Source of the DNA: a virus
Direction: 5' to 3' (one strand)
Length of the DNA: 64,000 nt
Virus record (IMG/VR): IMGVR_UViG_3300022188_000226
Location: 32,001 to 96,000 of that record
This document shows, one piece after another, positions 59,970 through 64,000 of this stretch (position 1 is its first letter; the number at the start of each line of letters is the position of its first letter). Below the pieces are notes generated by a model that was given only the letters and a program-made list of their open reading frames with translations, was not told the origin of the DNA and searched no databases. The translations under genes were made by a program, and so were the position numbers.

Positions 59970-60413
59970 ATGCTAGCAAACGGATTAAAAGTACTTTACA
60001 CAACAAATCACCCAGATGCAAAGATACCTACTTACGAGAAAGAGGGTGATGCTGCTTGTAGTTTAAGGGTGGTTGAAGATTATACAATTCATCCTGGGGA
60101 ACGAGTTTTAGCCAGGACTGGTTTAAAGATTTCTATGGCCGAGGGGTTTGAGGCTCAAATTAGACCAAGAAGTGGTTTGGCTTGGAAAAAAGGTCTTACT
60201 GTAGTTAATACTCCAGGTACTGTGGACGGAAATTTTCGTGGAGAAATTATGGTAGCTTTGATTAACTTAGGAGAAGATGTTGTAGAAATTAAAAGTGGAG
60301 ATGCTGTTGCTCAAATGAAGTTTTCACCTGTTTATGTTGGTTATTTTTTAAAAGTAGATACTTTAGATGATACAGTACGTGGTAGTGGTGGTTTTGGATC
60401 GACTGGCAGATAA
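59970..60413 (+). CDS. dut: dUTPase (trimeric type)
   Basis: QIRPRSGLA, NTPGTVD..FRGEI, RGSGGFGSTG. Confidence 0.95.
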   Translation: MLANGLKVLYTTNHPDAKIPTYEKEGDAACSLRVVEDYTIHPGERVLARTGLKISMAEGFEAQIRPRSGLAWKKGLTVVNTPGTVDGNFRGEIMVALINLGEDVVEIKSGDAVAQMKFSPVYVGYFLKVDTLDDTVRGSGGFGSTGR

Positions 60414-60422
60414 GGAGGAATT

Positions 60423-63400
60423 ATGTTTATAGACCCTTTTCAGGAAAAAATTTGGAAAGATAAGTACCAATATAATGACGAGACATTCATACAATTTTGT
60501 TATAGAATTGCTGATAACATATTTAAAGATGATAAAAAACGTCACGCAGCACTTGTAGATTTTATTAAAAATTTTCGTGGACTATTTGGAGGCAGAATAA
60601 ACTCTAATATAGGTGTAGATGAAGAAGGGCTAACCTTATTTAATTGTTTTATTGAGTCTATTGTAAAAAACCCCGATTCTCTAGAAGGTATTATGGATAT
60701 GGTTACTAAATATGCTATTACTTTAAAGACTGAAGGAGGTGTTGGGTTTTGTGCAAACTTTCTTCGGCCGGCAAAAACTTTAATTCGTAAAATAGGTGTT
60801 ACAACGCCAGGAGCAATTAAATTTCTAGAGATATTTGACAAGACATCAGAAATAATCACAGCAGGTAGTGTTGATAAAAATGATAGTTATCAAGGAGAAC
60901 CCTCAAAGAAAAGTATAAGGAAAGGGGCTACCATGGTGACTATGAACATTAACCATCCTGATATTGAGGAGTTTATCGTTGCCAAAGCAGTACCGAACAG
61001 GTTGACTAAAATGAACATGTCAGTACTTGTTACAGATGCTTTTATGTATGCTGTTGAAAAAGATACTGATTGGGATTTATGGTTCCCTGATATTAATTTT
61101 GATAAGTATGACGATGAGTGGGATGGTAACTTTGAAAATTGGGGAGATAAAGGTTATCCATTTGTCATATATAAGACTCTCCCAGCACGTGAATTATGGA
61201 ATCTTCTTTTAAATAGTACTTATAATAGGAATGAGCCTGGTATTATTTTTATTGATAATGCTAGACGTATGAACAACTTGCATTACTTGAATGGTAGTAT
61301 GACGTCTACCAACCCTTGTCAGCCTTCTTGGGCAACCGTGATGACTCCAAACGGTATACGTATCATGGAGAATATACATGTTGGTTCTGTAATTTGGAGT
61401 GATGATGGATGGACTATAGTGACTAATAAAGCTTCTTCTGGACAAAAAAAAGTGTATAAATATAAAACAACTGCATCTGTTTTTTATGGCACTGAAAATC
61501 ATAAAATAGTTTCTGATGGCGTCAAGGTTGAGGTTTGTGATGCTTTATGTATTGATACATCTGTAGGTCGTGCAGTGTGTCTTAATACTGCTAATAAAAA
61601 TTCTACTACATATAACTGGCAGTCTGTTGTTGATGGTCTGCTTATAGGAGACGGGTCTGTTCACAAGGCGTCCAATTCTTTAATTTATTTATGTGTGGGA
61701 AAAAATGATAAAGACTATTTAGATAACTCATATCTCAAAGACTTTATACTTGCACATCGTTCTGGAATAGATGACTATGCATATACAGTTAAAACAACAC
61801 TTGAATCAAATGAGTTACCATTAACTTTTAAACGTAGAGTACCTAAAAAATATTTTGAAGCTGGCGGAGTAGAAGCGTGTTCGTTCTTAATGGGGTTGTT
61901 TTCAGCTAATGGTACTGTTATAACAAGAAAGGGCTCAATGTCAGTTAGATTGAAGGCCGCATCGAAGGCTCTTGTTGAGGATGTGCAGGTTATGTTGTCT
62001 TCTTTAGGTATAAGGTCTTTTATAACGACTAATAAAAAAACTAAAGTTAAGTTTGACAATGGAGAATGTGAGAATAGAGAAAGTTATGATTTGGATATAA
62101 TAGAACACACAGTTTCTTTTCAGAAAATAATTGGTTTTATACAGAATTATAAAAATGAGAAGTTGACTTTAATAAACAAAAGAAAGTTCTCTACAAAAGA
62201 AAAAATTTCTTTTGAAGTAGTAGAAAAAGAATTTATATCTGAAGAGGAAGTTTTTGATATAACTGTTGATAATGATTCTCATACTTATTGGACTGGTGGG
62301 TGTAACGTTTCAAATTGTGCGGAGGTGGTTGGACACACAGGTCCTGAGTATTATAACGGTGAGCTTATTGAACTTGGTGATGTATGTAACCTCGGATCCA
62401 TTAATCTCACTAAATACTACGATATTACAGAAAATAAATTTAGTATGGATGAGTTTAAAGAAGACATAGATCTTATGATAAGGTCTTTAGATAATGTAAT
62501 AGAAATATCTAATTATCCACTGAAGATGTATGAAGACGCTGCCAAATTAAAAAGAAAAATAGGGGTTGGTTTAATGGGCGTAGCCTCGCTTATGATGATG
62601 TCTAATATACGGTATGGAAGTAAAGAGTGTATTGATTTGTTAGAAGTAATTTTATCAGAATTCATTAATCAAGCGTATAGATCATCAGCCATACTCGCAA
62701 AAGAGGTAGGTCCTTTTCCTTTGTGGGATAAGAAAGCGTTACAAGGTGGATTTATTAAACACAGTGGAGTATTAAAGAAGGATACACTTGCTCTTATTAA
62801 GAAACACGGATTGCGGCATTCTGCTGTATCTGCCATTGCACCAAACGGTACTTTATCAATTGTGGCTGGTAATATTTCTGGTGGGTTGGAACCTATATTT
62901 GCCAAAGAGTTTACTCGTTGGAATAGGATTGAAGGAAAAAAGGTAGATTTTGAATACCCAAACATACATAAAGGTGAGTGGTTCGAGACTGATTATCTTA
63001 AAGAACAGAGGGTAGCTGATGAAGTTATTCTTATATCTGAGGACGGTAAACATAGGGTTGATAAGAACAGCGGTTTGTGTAAGAATGTAACTATAATGGA
63101 TTATGGATATAAAGCGGCTTTAAAGGCCGGGCACAACGAATTCGCTTGTGCTACAGAGTTAAGTATAGACGAGCATCTCGCTGTATTAAAGGTTTTTTCA
63201 AAGTATATTGATCAGTCATGTAGTAAATGTATATCTCTAGACTCCAGAATTAATACTGACAAAGGATTGGTTAAGTTAGGAAGTTTGTCTGATAATAGAG
63301 CAGTAGACACTTTTTGTGATATTGATTCCAAAGTGTTGGTACCTACAGAGAAAGGGCTTAAGCCTGTGAACCAGTTCTATTATAATGGGGAAGTATTAGG

Positions 63401-64000
63401 TAAAGAAGTAATAACCAAATCTGGGTTAGAATTGACTGGTAGTAATCAACATAGGATTAGGGTATTAAATAACATTCACGAGTTGGAGTGGAAACGGTTA
63501 GATAGTTTAGTTGTAGGAGACTTGATAGCAGTTAAGCTAGGCAAGGATATTAGTTCAGAAAAAACTATTAGTCGTATTGTTGGTAAGAAGTTTAGTTATG
63601 ACACTAAGAGGTGTAAACATATAACTATTCCTACACAATTAACTAAAAATTTATTATGGTGGTTAGGTTGTATAGCTGCTGATGGTAACATTAACAGTGT
63701 CGGAGTACATTTATCCCAAGTATCTGGTATTGCTCTAGATAAATTTATCAGAGTTTCAGAAGAACTATTTGCAAGAAAGCCAGTTATAGTCAAAGATCAT
63801 AGAAGAGATAAGTTATTTACAGCATCAATTAATTCTAAGGTTTTAGTTGAGTGGTTTAATTACATAGGGTTTTCTAAAGAAGAATTATCAGAAATTGTAT
63901 TCGCGGCTCCGAAATTACTTAAGAAGTCTTTTGTTGAGGGGGTTACTTTAGATGGGTACGTTACTGATGAGAGAGTTTGTTTAAAAACCGATAAAACTGA
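60423..64000 (+). CDS. nrdJ: Ribonucleotide reductase, probably class II (NrdJ-like), with at least two inteins; 3' partial
   Basis: Hand translation from ATG 60423 after AGGAGG: GGRI, LFNCF, EGGVG, HPDIEEFI, NEPG, TNP|intein|CAE, CNLGSINL, IAPNGTLS, IDQSCSK|intein. No ATP cone. Absent from the ORF track because it runs off the window. Confidence 0.85.
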   Translation, partial: MFIDPFQEKIWKDKYQYNDETFIQFCYRIADNIFKDDKKRHAALVDFIKNFRGLFGGRINSNIGVDEEGLTLFNCFIESIVKNPDSLEGIMDMVTKYAITLKTEGGVGFCANFLRPAKTLIRKIGVTTPGAIKFLEIFDKTSEIITAGSVDKNDSYQGEPSKKSIRKGATMVTMNINHPDIEEFIVAKAVPNRLTKMNMSVLVTDAFMYAVEKDTDWDLWFPDINFDKYDDEWDGNFENWGDKGYPFVIYKTLPARELWNLLLNSTYNRNEPGIIFIDNARRMNNLHYLNGSMTSTNPCQPSWATVMTPNGIRIMENIHVGSVIWSDDGWTIVTNKASSGQKKVYKYKTTASVFYGTENHKIVSDGVKVEVCDALCIDTSVGRAVCLNTANKNSTTYNWQSVVDGLLIGDGSVHKASNSLIYLCVGKNDKDYLDNSYLKDFILAHRSGIDDYAYTVKTTLESNELPLTFKRRVPKKYFEAGGVEACSFLMGLFSANGTVITRKGSMSVRLKAASKALVEDVQVMLSSLGIRSFITTNKKTKVKFDNGECENRESYDLDIIEHTVSFQKIIGFIQNYKNEKLTLINKRKFSTKEKISFEVVEKEFISEEEVFDITVDNDSHTYWTGGCNVSNCAEVVGHTGPEYYNGELIELGDVCNLGSINLTKYYDITENKFSMDEFKEDIDLMIRSLDNVIEISNYPLKMYEDAAKLKRKIGVGLMGVASLMMMSNIRYGSKECIDLLEVILSEFINQAYRSSAILAKEVGPFPLWDKKALQGGFIKHSGVLKKDTLALIKKHGLRHSAVSAIAPNGTLSIVAGNISGGLEPIFAKEFTRWNRIEGKKVDFEYPNIHKGEWFETDYLKEQRVADEVILISEDGKHRVDKNSGLCKNVTIMDYGYKAALKAGHNEFACATELSIDEHLAVLKVFSKYIDQSCSKCISLDSRINTDKGLVKLGSLSDNRAVDTFCDIDSKVLVPTEKGLKPVNQFYYNGEVLGKEVITKSGLELTGSNQHRIRVLNNIHELEWKRLDSLVVGDLIAVKLGKDISSEKTISRIVGKKFSYDTKRCKHITIPTQLTKNLLWWLGCIAADGNINSVGVHLSQVSGIALDKFIRVSEELFARKPVIVKDHRRDKLFTASINSKVLVEWFNYIGFSKEELSEIVFAAPKLLKKSFVEGVTLDGYVTDERVCLKTDKT
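61317..62315 (+). mobile_element. Intein (333 aa) at the RNR catalytic NP|C site
   Basis: Starts CQPSWA, contains TENH, GLLIGDG and GLFSANG, ends NVSN followed by Cys-Ala-Glu. Confidence 0.9.
63228..64000 (+). mobile_element. Second RNR intein, 3' partial
   Basis: Follows IDQSCSK: CISLDSRINTDKG, GSNQH, LGCIAADG, EGVTLDG. Confidence 0.85.

Noticed and set aside
2953-63793. Short minus-strand and nested ORFs in the ORF track
   Set aside because: They overlap well-supported + strand genes (including those over the RNR at 60423-64000) and show no recognisable motifs.
1-64000. Stop-codon reassignment as seen in some large phages
   Set aside because: Long ORFs tile the window under the standard code, and TAA, TAG and TGA all end genes at sensible junctions. 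Internal stops occur only in IS remnants.
1-64000. tRNA or rRNA genes
   Set aside because: Intergenic gaps are short and no cloverleaf or rRNA-like sequence was seen by eye; a tRNA scan would be needed to exclude them formally.

Overview
AT-rich segment with all credible genes on the + strand, most consistent with a large tailed bacteriophage genome. Host is not identifiable from the sequence, and the code looks standard. Layout: 1-18.4 kb virion/tail genes (DUF2341, LamG and repeat proteins); 18.5-31.4 kb replication and recombination genes (TnpB, beta clamp, RecA, DnaB, DnaG, SSB, DnaJ, RuvC-like, PD-(D/E)XK); 31.4-51 kb a glycan biosynthesis cluster (five glycosyltransferases, a WbpA/B/D/E-like set, sulfotransferase, racemase, Asn-synthetase-like ligase) followed by another virion-type gene; 53.6-64 kb DnaX, PolA, HNH, dUTPase and a ribonucleotide reductase missing from the ORF track. 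Seven inteins are visible, three of them in glycosyltransferases. Main candidates for novelty: (i) a putative phage virion-glycosylation system with a recurrent T-x-S-G motif in structural proteins; (ii) an IS607/TnpB family that inserts at the GG of Shine-Dalgarno sites and has left three omegaRNA-scaffold copies, including a chimeric mini-element and an orphan copy behind a promoter; (iii) a family A polymerase with a clamp-binding-like motif plus its own clamp and clamp-loader subunit. All calls come from reading motifs by eye; no searches were run.
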